This document shows, one piece after another, positions 54,943 through 64,000 of a stretch of DNA of 64,000 nt (positions are counted from its first letter, which is position 1; each line of letters opens with the position of its first letter). The position numbers and the translations under genes are program-made. Source of the stretch: Candidatus Poribacteria bacterium. GTDB taxonomy: Bacteria; Poribacteria; WGA-4E; WGA-3G. The notes under the pieces were generated by a model that did no database searches, was not told the origin of the DNA, and saw nothing but the letters and a program-made list of their open reading frames with translations. The stretch is taken from positions 32,001 to 96,000 of the forward strand of contig CBDBFU010000032.1 in the NCBI GenBank assembly GCA_965205025.1. Direction: 5' to 3'.

Positions 54943-55134
54943 GTGAGATTTTTAGAGAAAAAAGCTGCTTTGCGTAAGCAAAGGACATTCTGGCGCATGA
55001 TTAGACTAATTCTGTTTATTGTGTGCGTATTTTTTGCAATCTATCTGACTATAACTCTAAACAAGTTAAAAATAGAGCATAAAGATTACACAGATATCCC
55101 TACACCAACACACGAATTCATCCCTGACCGTTAA
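54943..55134 (+). CDS. Small single-TM protein
   Basis: AAGGAAG RBS, GTG start, hydrophobic helix. Confidence 0.5.
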   Translation: MRFLEKKAALRKQRTFWRMIRLILFIVCVFFAIYLTITLNKLKIEHKDYTDIPTPTHEFIPDR

Positions 55135-55286
55135 CGTTATAATTTTGACGAGGTTGAAATGAAAAAAGTTTCTGTTCACTCACAATTTAGACAAACTGAT
55201 CAACAATCATCCACTTGCAAAAGACTACCACATAAATGAGATCAGTATCACCCTCAATAACATAAAGTTTGAAATAAGGAGGACAA

Positions 55287-55418
55287 ATGGATTTACGTAA
55301 GTTACGGGAAAACTCAGATTCGGAACTCCAGCAGTTTAAAAGAAATATGAAAGCTTATGCTCGGTTCTTTAGCACTTTGCTTACCATATTTTCTATCGCT
55401 ATGCTAATTTTCCTATAG
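55287..55418 (+). CDS. Small 43-aa protein with C-terminal TM
   Basis: Strong AGGAGG RBS; MDLRKLRENSD..LLTIFSIAMLIFL*. Confidence 0.5.
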   Translation: MDLRKLRENSDSELQQFKRNMKAYARFFSTLLTIFSIAMLIFL

Positions 55419-55469
55419 TTTTGAAAGAGAACACATCAAATTTATACAAAATTTAGGAGATTGATCCTG

Positions 55470-56168
55470 ATGAAAAATCAACGAAACGTACCAAGACATA
55501 TTGTGATAGGAACAATTTGCCTTGTAATGATGGGTTGCTTAACATTGTACTTTGTTTTTTATCGATCTCAGCTAAACGTTGATCCAATAAAAAAGTATAA
55601 CACTATTACCATTACACAAAAAGATTCTGTTGAAACAATTGAAAAATCTGTATCATCAGCATCGGATACTGCAGATACAGAAGGTATCAAGGAAACTTTG
55701 AGTAAAGCAGAAACTGTCGTCATGTCAACTTCCGAAAACTCCAGTAATGTAGCCTTTCCAGTTGATGAGAACCGACAGATTAAGTCCGAACAAGATTCAC
55801 AGAAAAGCGTAGCAGTCTCTACTAAATATGCAGAAAATATGAGGATCCTGATGGAAGCAATGGAGACTCTAAAGAAGGCAGATGACACCCTAGCACGACA
55901 TAAACAATTCATGGAAATTCTAGACACGGTACCTATCTCCCAACACCAAGGAAAATTACCTGAGAATGTAGTCGAAGATCTACTTAATCAACTTGTCCCC
56001 AATTTGGTTGAGGAATTGAACACACTTTCTGCAACAGAACAACGCGAACTTATTACCCAGTTGCGACCATTGATGAAAACAATGGTTGAAGCGCAAACCC
56101 AGGAGTCCGATTCAGCCGATGTTCTCTTAAAAATGCTTCGTGCTCATGGGTTTGAACCGAAGTTTTGA
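55470..56168 (+). CDS. Membrane-anchored helical hypothetical protein
   Basis: AGGAG RBS; N-terminal TM. Confidence 0.65.
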   Translation: MKNQRNVPRHIVIGTICLVMMGCLTLYFVFYRSQLNVDPIKKYNTITITQKDSVETIEKSVSSASDTADTEGIKETLSKAETVVMSTSENSSNVAFPVDENRQIKSEQDSQKSVAVSTKYAENMRILMEAMETLKKADDTLARHKQFMEILDTVPISQHQGKLPENVVEDLLNQLVPNLVEELNTLSATEQRELITQLRPLMKTMVEAQTQESDSADVLLKMLRAHGFEPKF

Positions 56169-56654
56169 GAATGGAGGTTGCTTGAAAATATGACTGAAGA
56201 TCCAGAGTTCAAGAAAGAAGTACAATCCTTGCTGTCAGATACATTTCGTGAGTAGTTGTTTGTTTTTACAAAGTTTACGGCGTGAAGGTTTCTCATTCCT
56301 TCACACCACTCTCAATATATTAGGCATTATAACGGAGTAAATTGTAATACCATTTCCAATTGATTAATTTACATTATGACTTAAGTAAAACTGGGATAAT
56401 CATATACAGATATATGAGTCCCGGGGTAGGTATTGAGTCCCATAGGGACGGAATGTTTATAGCAAAGGTGTATAGCCCCATAATTGAGTCCCGGGGAATA
56501 CCTAAATAGCATTCATACCGTTGATTCCTTGATTCGAGGGACGGAATGTTTATAGAAATCGTTATCACCATTATACCAAGCCTAGCGGGGCAAAAGGTGT
56601 ATCCCTAAATTGACGCCTATATCTATTATTGAAACAACCCAACCAAGTCGTAAT

Positions 56655-59119
56655 TTATCTTTTATCGTTAGATATAACAGTTTCCCTAAACCAACACCGC
56701 CTCCCATCAGTTTTCAAAATAATCGCACCGAGTTGGTCCGTACGGAGTTGAATACAGTTCCGATCCTGATACCGAGAAACAACATCTGCATGTGGAAATT
56801 GATACCGATTCCCTTTACCCAGAGAATAGATAGCATAACGTGGTTGAACCGCATCCAAAAATTCTGCAGTACTTGACGTCCTACTTCCATGATGCGGAAC
56901 CTTTATTATTTCTGACCTTAGATCTTGTTGAGATGTCAATATACGTTTTTCAGCATTGGCTTCTATATCTCCACTAAACAATATATCCACCAAACCGTAG
57001 CTAACTTTCAACACCAATGAATCGTCATTCTTATCATCATCTATAAGATTTGTCTCATCTGCATCTATTGGGTGGAGTAGAGAAAGCGTTGCAGAAGGCG
57101 TGAATTCTATTTTCCCAGCATAGGGATAGGAATACGGTAGTTTTTGGGTTTTTGCAATGTTCCGTAGACGATTATGTGTTGATGAATCCAGTTCCATATC
57201 CGGAATTCCAATGAAATGTTTAACATTATAGTTTTGTAGTATGTAAGCAAGGCCACCACCATGGTCTAAATCCGGAATGTGTTAGCATAACCATATCAAC
57301 ACGTCTGATATTCTCAGAATCAAGATAGGGTTCAATTATCCGTTTACCTACATCATACTCCACTTCACGTTTCTTCTTTTCATTATAATAGGCATGTTGG
57401 ATACCCCCATCTACCAGCATAACCTGTTTATCAGGAAACCTGATAACTGCGGCATCACCTTGACCAACATCCAAAGTGGTTATTTCTAAGAGTCTACCCT
57501 CTTCTTTAAATCCTCTATCCCACACCCAGATTGTCAGAATTGATAATCCGATAAGACTCGCTATCCTCCACTGTTCATATAGATAACGCCACTGTGTAGC
57601 ACATATACATATCACGATGTAAATAAAGATAAGACCTATCGTTGGTGGAGCAATCTTTACTATCCCCCAATCTTGTCCAAATAGACTTATGAGTTTGAGG
57701 AATATATGCATAATAATCTGATTTATTATCCCTAACAATTTCGCTAATGGTAGCCAAATAAACCCAACACACACAGATGCCATTCCAACACCAACAATTA
57801 ATGACACAAGACCAACAGCAAACGGACCGACAATTATACCTAAGGGGTATGTTCTATAAAAATGGTAAGCGATAAGAGGAGAAGTGCCAATTTGTGCTGC
57901 CAAGGTTACCAGATAGGACAATACCAACCATTTTACTGCCGATCTTCTCATTTTTTGAAAATGGGTATACTCCACAGACTCCTCTGTATCCCAGAACTTT
58001 CGGAACGGTTTCTCCATTTTAGATACAAAGAATACAATTGCAGCAACCGCAACAAAAGAGAGTTGAAAACCTACATCCCATAACTGAGTAGGATTAATTA
58101 AAAGCAATACCAGTGCAGCAACCGCAAGTAAATTGTAAATATCCGCGTCCCTGTCAATAATTGTTGCAAACAGAAACAAGATCGCCATTAACGATGCACG
58201 AAATACTGAAGGACGAAAACCGACTAAACTCGCATAGAGAATTACACCTAAAATTGTTAGAAGACATACCATCTTTTTCGGCATCCGAAATATTGACAGT
58301 CCAAGGTAACAAAACAGTGCTATAAGACCTACATGTAATCCTGACACTGCAAGAACATGGAATGTTCCACTGTTCCGAAACATATCCAATGTTTCTGTCG
58401 GTACATCTCCTCGTTTTCCAAGTAGAATGCCTTTTAAGAGTTGAGCATGGAGTGATATTTCATTTTTAGGTGATGTATCCTGTTTTGAATAAGCATAATC
58501 AATAATCCGTTCTGTTCGAAAACGTAGTGATTCTATCCATCGTAATGGTAGGAATCCCGATTGTTTTCCAATTTGTAGTAATCCTTGGTGTTGGATAATT
58601 CCAGTTACATTTTGGCGTTCGAGATATGCTCGGTAATCAAACCCTCCAGGATTCCGTTTTGATTGGGGTTGCTGTAATACACCTGTTATAGTCAGATGTT
58701 TCCCGTATCGTAGTGAAACCAGATCTTGAAATCTTATTAAGCACTTAGCAGACACAGATTTGGTAGGATCAGATAATAGCTGAATCTTACCTACAGCATA
58801 GCATGCATCCCATGATTCTCCCCGTTCAGGTTGATAAACAGTTTTCCCTGTAAAACTGATCGGTTGTTCATAGAAGTTATCTGGTATTGATGGAACTGTT
58901 GCAACATCTAAACGCAACATACCACTGGCAAACACAGCAATATGTAAAAGTGTATAACAGATGTATTTTGATCGTTTTCTGGTGAAGATGCAACCCATCA
59001 GAAGTATCAGTACGGAAACCCAAATCCATAATAATGGAATTGATGTATACTCACCAGTGATGATACCTAAAATGAATGGAATAAGAAAAAAATAAGGCAG
59101 GACGAGACTTGAATGTCAT
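56655..59119 (-). CDS. comEC: Competence protein ComEC/Rec2 (frameshifted)
   Basis: NPGGFDY, HVLAVSGLHVG, GFQLSF, DVGQGDA, PHHGS. Confidence 0.9.
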
Positions 59120-59372
59120 TGATAAATGTAATACCATTTTCAATTGATACACTTACGATTTAAGTGAAATAGGAACAATCATATATAGATTTATGAGTCC
59201 CGTAGGGACGAAATGTCTATAGAAAACGGGTTTATCCACTATCTTGAGTCCCATAGGGACGGAATGTTTATAGAAGTCAATATCACCAATACCCTAAGCC
59301 CCAGAGGGGCGAAAGGTTTGTAGAAAACGGTGAACCCACCAAACAAGCCCCAGCGGGGCGAAAGGTGTATCC

Positions 59373-59493
59373 CTAAATTGACGCCTATAGTGCGGTGAAT
59401 CAACGGTATGAATGCCATAAGGCATTCCCCGGGAAACCGCACCTACCGGGTTTGGGAAAAATAGAATTACCGAAATATTTACTTAATCCTCAT
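59373..59493. mobile_element. IS4 end abutting a REP hairpin that holds a 34-bp mini-element, within a MITE-A half
   Basis: CTAAATTGACGCCTATA|GTGCGGT[59397-59430]GGGAAACCGCAC..TTAATCCTCAT. Confidence 0.75.
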
Positions 59494-59591
59494 CCAGTTT
59501 GTGCGGTATTTCAAGACATGTTTAACAACTGTTCATGAGATAAACATTTATAGAAATGGTATAAGTAAATAGGTGGCAACCTGAGTTATTA

Positions 59592-59704
59592 TACCATTTC
59601 TAATTGAAAATGTCTCTTTTTTGTACCACAAACTTTCAGTTTGTGACCTGAAAAATGACTACCATAATAACCGGTTAATGAGACAATAATCTATAGAAAT
59701 GGTA
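59592..59704. mobile_element. MITE-B with TACCATTTCTA ends and TTA duplication
   Basis: 11-bp perfect TIR; TTA on both flanks. Confidence 0.75.
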
Positions 59705-59814
59705 TTATATTATTTGATATGATAAATATCAACTTTAACCTTGTAATAGGGTGTGTAAAGTTATTGGCATTAAAAGACATTAAATGAAACGGATCAAACA
59801 TTTTAATTAAAAAA

Positions 59815-60380
59815 ATGAAGAAAACACCCATTTCTAACAACTAACATATATATATCACAATAATATAAAAATATTTGTCAAAATGAAAATAAAATTGTAT
59901 ACTACTATATCGTTCAATATTTGTAAACAAAAAATAAAGAACAAAGAACTAAAAACTAATGGCTATCTATAAAAACGATCCTAATTACGAAATATTATAT
60001 ACGTCAAAAAAGCATACCTTTATAACCGTTAGGAATGCCAAATTCAGAAAGTACAACAAAAACACAAAATCACACTTTTTCGAATTTCTTATAAATCAAG
60101 TTCAAACTGGAATAAAGCCAGTCTATGACAGGGGTTACAGGGGTAATTTACACCAATTTCAATGTCACACCGTGTGACAAAAAGTGTAACTTTTTTCATT
60201 TTTTCGACGCATAGAGAAATGCAATAACAACACGATCTACTGTCTGAGTATTTAGGATTAAATAGCTGATTTTACACGTTATTTTATGTCTGTATATTAG
60301 GATTAAATGTCCGTTTTTATACCTTTTTGACAATCAGAAATATCAGTTATTAAAGAGTATTCTCAAGACAAATATATGCC
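59815..60380 (+). repeat. ~600-bp dispersed repeat with 72-codon ORF, copy 2
   Basis: Colinear with 26975-27600. Confidence 0.85.
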
Positions 60381-60539
60381 AATTATATATAAAGACTAAA
60401 TTGGACAATTCTAATTCAGAGGAAACTGAGTATCTAATGATAAATCTATTTTTTATTCAGTTTTGTATATCAAAAATACCGTACTCCAGCGGAGTACTAT
60501 GTCTATAGAAAACAATATGGGAACAGTCTGGCACTCCAG

Positions 60540-60656
60540 ATGAAGTTAAAAAAATAAAATAGGTAATTTGGACCCAGAGCTGGTAGGTGCGGTTTCCTAA
60601 CCGCACCAGATTCTACAAGAAACTGGAAATTACCCGAATAAATTCTTTAACTTCAT
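60540..60656. mobile_element. MITE-A in GCACTCCAGCGGAGTGC hairpin loop
   Basis: Flanked G/G; empty paralogous site at ~54297-54313. Confidence 0.85.
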
Positions 60657-60740
60657 GCGGAGTGCTATGTGCCAATACACTTCGTATGAAAAACATATAA
60701 GTACTTAATACACACCTAAGTTATAGTGTAATTAACGGGT

Positions 60741-60831
60741 GTGATTCACGGAGAACTGGTCTACTTTAAATTATAAACCCTTATAGAATAAGGCTTCGTA
60801 AAATTGCTCCGTGAAGGTTTCCGTGAAAGTG
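60741..60831 (+). repeat. Conserved TCACGGAG/CTCCGTGAA element, copy 3 (core)
   Basis: Matches the other two copies. Confidence 0.85.
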
Positions 60832-61107
60832 TAAAAAATTCAAGACGACAAATATTAACAGTTTTTTACAATACACAGTACCCATAGATCTAACATATAT
60901 GGAATTGAGAGAAATACTAAAGATGCTACTTGAGATAAATATTAGTATTCCAAGTACGATAGCAGCGTAATGTTTAGTGACAAAAACTTTACATACCCCG
61001 TTTTAATAAACGGCTTGAATCATAATCTTAAGCATGCTAAATTTATACTGTCTAACTTGATTTAAAGTAATATTCATTCGACAAATATTCGTATAGGTAA
61101 GTATGAT

Positions 61108-62250
61108 ATGGGAACACTTTTTATAAAGGGATTCGTTAGAGATGTCAAATACACTCCGTGTTTTAATCCAGAAGAATTTAAAGTTTACAACCTGTCAGAT
61201 TTTGATGTGAACAATGTTAATTCCTATGGCTTAGTAAATTTAGGTATTTCTGAGAATAATCTAGCATATTCGAAATGGGTTTCTCCGAAAAGAACAAGGA
61301 CCTATCCTTTTGCAAGAATCTATAATACTTACCATCTTAATACAAAGAAAGTTACGATAATTCCAATTATAAAGGATGAAGGGGCTGGTACTCAAAATAA
61401 TGACCGAATTAATTTTATCACATTTTCATGGATGAACCTTCTTAATGTCTATATCATTCTGTCATGGTATGAAGATGCGTATAAAAAAGAAGGTACTACA
61501 GATAGAATTACCAATCAATTACTTAATACTGATAGTATCAGAGAGAAATTAGATCAAGTTAGCCGTTATCAGGCAAGTGCTTTACACTGGAATACAAACC
61601 ATTTTATAGACAATTTTGAAGAAATCTATTTGAATGCTGTTAACAGTTATAAGAAAATATCTGTAAATAGGAAAGTCGGAATGCACTCTTCGGAAGACCA
61701 TTTAAAGAAACTTGAAACATTTAAGAAAGATGGTGTTTTTTGTATAGAGACTTTCAAAGAGTCTACTCTTCCAGCTTCCTATTCTGCTGCTATAAGAGAA
61801 TCAGTCACTGTTCATGAGTTAGAATCTTTGAGTGAAAATACTAAAGGAGTTTTTTCAATTACTAATTATCAAGGTGGAGAATATCATCTTACTGCTGATG
61901 AGGTATATTGGGAAAATGACAAATTTGTAATACAAGAATCTAAGAATAGTAGTAGGAAAAAATTCCCATCTGATAATGACATTAAGGACGGACTATTTAA
62001 GCTAATCTTGTTCTCAAATTTAGAACAATTAACATTTAGTAATAGAACAAACGTTGATTATATTGTCCGATTAAAGTTAACTGGAGATTTTACTGATACG
62101 CTTTTTCTGCCCAATGATACGAATTCAATCAATCAATTTAGTGCAACAAACCGTTTGACAACTTCACAAAAAAGAATCCTCACTCTTCTAAACCGAGAAT
62201 CAATTGAAAACGAAAAATTACAGGTTTGGATAACAAAATACAATTATTGA
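61108..62250 (+). CDS. Putative type II restriction endonuclease
   Basis: PD-(D/E)xK-like AD..QESK motif; directly upstream of a Dam-type methyltransferase. Confidence 0.65.
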   Translation: MGTLFIKGFVRDVKYTPCFNPEEFKVYNLSDFDVNNVNSYGLVNLGISENNLAYSKWVSPKRTRTYPFARIYNTYHLNTKKVTIIPIIKDEGAGTQNNDRINFITFSWMNLLNVYIILSWYEDAYKKEGTTDRITNQLLNTDSIREKLDQVSRYQASALHWNTNHFIDNFEEIYLNAVNSYKKISVNRKVGMHSSEDHLKKLETFKKDGVFCIETFKESTLPASYSAAIRESVTVHELESLSENTKGVFSITNYQGGEYHLTADEVYWENDKFVIQESKNSSRKKFPSDNDIKDGLFKLILFSNLEQLTFSNRTNVDYIVRLKLTGDFTDTLFLPNDTNSINQFSATNRLTTSQKRILTLLNRESIENEKLQVWITKYNY

Positions 62251-62262
62251 TTATAGGACATT

Positions 62263-63099
62263 ATGCAAAAGTTAGCAAAAAGTCCGTTGCGTTACCCAGG
62301 AGGTAAATCAAGGGCTTTAAAACAGATTCTTCCTCTAATCCCTCATAATATTAAAGAATATCGTGAGCCTTTTGTTGGCGGGGGTTCTGTCTTTTTTGCA
62401 ATCCGAAGTATTTTTCAAAAATTAATTCATTCTTACTGGATTAATGATCTTAATTACGATTTATACTGTTTTTGGAAACAGACGCGGGACAATGTCACCA
62501 AATTAGTAGATACGCTAATAGATACAAAAATAAAATATGATAACGATGGTAAATTACTTTTTGATGAATTAGCATCTATGAAAGATTCGCTATGCGAGAA
62601 TAAACAGATACTTCCTGAATTTGAACGGGCGGTAAGGTTTTTTATACTCAATAGAATCACTTTTTCTGGGATTGTTGATTCGGGAGGGTATTCTCAGGCA
62701 GCCTATGAAAGTCGTTTTACAGACTCATCAATTTCACGAATTAACATGATTTCACCATACCTGTCTGGGGTCAATATAACCTGTGATGACTACGTTGATG
62801 CATTATTCCAAAAAGGAGAAGATGTCTATATTTTTCTCGATCCTCCATATTGGAAGGCTAAGGATTCTAAACTGTATGGTACGAGAGGATCTTTACATAC
62901 ATCATTTGATCATATAGAATTTGCAGAAAATATGAAAAAATGTCCTCATAAGTGGCTAATTACTTATGACGATTCTCCCAAAATTCGTGAACTCTTTAAT
63001 TTTGCAGATATACAGGAATGGACTTTACAATATGGTATGAACAATTATAAAAAAGATACAGCTGCAAAAGGGAATGAGTTATTCATCAAGAATTATTGA
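62263..63099 (+). CDS. Dam-family (D12 class) N6-adenine DNA methyltransferase
   Basis: LRYPGGK, EPFVGGGSV, DPPY. Confidence 0.92.
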   Translation: MQKLAKSPLRYPGGKSRALKQILPLIPHNIKEYREPFVGGGSVFFAIRSIFQKLIHSYWINDLNYDLYCFWKQTRDNVTKLVDTLIDTKIKYDNDGKLLFDELASMKDSLCENKQILPEFERAVRFFILNRITFSGIVDSGGYSQAAYESRFTDSSISRINMISPYLSGVNITCDDYVDALFQKGEDVYIFLDPPYWKAKDSKLYGTRGSLHTSFDHIEFAENMKKCPHKWLITYDDSPKIRELFNFADIQEWTLQYGMNNYKKDTAAKGNELFIKNY

Positions 63100-63114
63100 T
63101 AGGGAGGAATCAGT

Positions 63115-64000
63115 GTGAGCAAAGATATACTTAACTATTTTTTACCACCACAGATAGAATTTGGTGAAGGTGCAATCGCAAATTTACCAAACCATGTCCA
63201 AACACTTGCCGGTAAAAAACCATTTATCGTAAGTGATGTTGGGATAACCAATGCTGGAATATTATCACAAGCCACCTCTCCTTTAGATGATGCAAATATC
63301 CCTTATGCAACTTTCATAGACATTGAACCAAACCCAACAGATACAAGTGTTTTAGAAGGTGTAAAAGTCTATATAGAGCAACAGTGTGACATAGTCATTG
63401 CTGTTGGTGGCGGCAGTGTGATGGATGCTGCGAAAGCAATTCGTCTCCTAACAACACATGAACCCCCTTTAGAAACTTACTATGTCGATTCAAATGGTGC
63501 TGATAAAATAAATGCGGATATGCCACCTTTGATATGTGTTCCCACAACAGCAGGAACAGGGAGCGAAGTCTCTCAAGGTGCAATAATTACCGATACTTCT
63601 CTACAAACGACTAACCGTTGGCGTAAACGTGCATTAATTTCTCGGTACAATATGTCAAACGTTGCATTATTAGATCCGACATTGACAGTGAAAATGCCAC
63701 CTGCTTTGACGGCAGCAACTGGGATGGACGCAATCACCCACGGGATTGAAGCTTATGTAGCAACAAAATATCATCCAATTTCTGAAGGTGTAGCACTGCA
63801 AGCAATAAAGATATTAGGAGCGAATATCAGAACAGCATATCATCAAGGTGATAATATGGCTGCAAGAGGAGAGATGTTATTAGCCTCATGTATGGGGGCA
63901 TTTTCATTTCAAAAAGGTCTCGGGGCTGTGCATTCAATTGCACACCAATTATCAACAGATGCACCCATCCCCCACGGTGTTGCAAATGCAATTCTACTAC
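63115..64000 (+). CDS. Iron-containing alcohol dehydrogenase (partial, runs off window)
   Basis: GTG after GGAGG; EPNP, GGGSVMDAAK, PTTAGTGSE, DAITHGIE, VHSIAH. Confidence 0.92.
   Translation, partial: MSKDILNYFLPPQIEFGEGAIANLPNHVQTLAGKKPFIVSDVGITNAGILSQATSPLDDANIPYATFIDIEPNPTDTSVLEGVKVYIEQQCDIVIAVGGGSVMDAAKAIRLLTTHEPPLETYYVDSNGADKINADMPPLICVPTTAGTGSEVSQGAIITDTSLQTTNRWRKRALISRYNMSNVALLDPTLTVKMPPALTAATGMDAITHGIEAYVATKYHPISEGVALQAIKILGANIRTAYHQGDNMAARGEMLLASCMGAFSFQKGLGAVHSIAHQLSTDAPIPHGVANAILL

Noticed and set aside
39293-59119. Frameshifts in the reductase, DUF58, nusB and comEC as programmed frameshifting or phase variation
   Set aside because: Frequent single-base indels, several at short homopolymers, in unrelated conserved genes are best explained by sequencing error. 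The same caveat applies to 23610-25006.
59239-59442. Short ORFs in repeat clusters (also 56374-56571, 6149-6397, 4843-5166)
   Set aside because: Translations of REP/MITE or intergenic sequence with no RBS or recognisable domains.

Overview
AT-rich bacterial window. Gene content (ECF sigma-beta-propeller fusion, YCF48/NHL/WD40 propellers, PorV-like protein, many lineage-specific secreted proteins) is suggestive of Candidatus Poribacteria; this is an inference. It carries glycosyltransferases, a TolC/MFP pair, a sulfite/nitrite reductase with a TusA tail, a MoxR/DUF58 operon, nusB, comEC, an orphan DNA methyltransferase and a probable type II R-M pair. Several conserved genes are split by single-base frameshifts, which are probably read errors. 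Two features stand out. (1) An island at about 11.8-25.1 kb surrounds a membrane-anchored ECF sigma factor. It holds five copies of a fixed-spacing promoter-like motif (TGCACC-N20-GTC), a duplicated ~250-bp non-coding leader, and three cassettes pairing a small divergent secreted protein with partner proteins that appear to share a C-terminal module. (2) Intergenic DNA contains nested hairpin-targeting mini-elements, with filled and empty sites both visible: an IS4 that duplicates a whole 20-bp REP hairpin, a ~115-bp MITE with 1-bp duplications in hairpin loops, and a 34-35-bp element inserted after CCC in REP loops.
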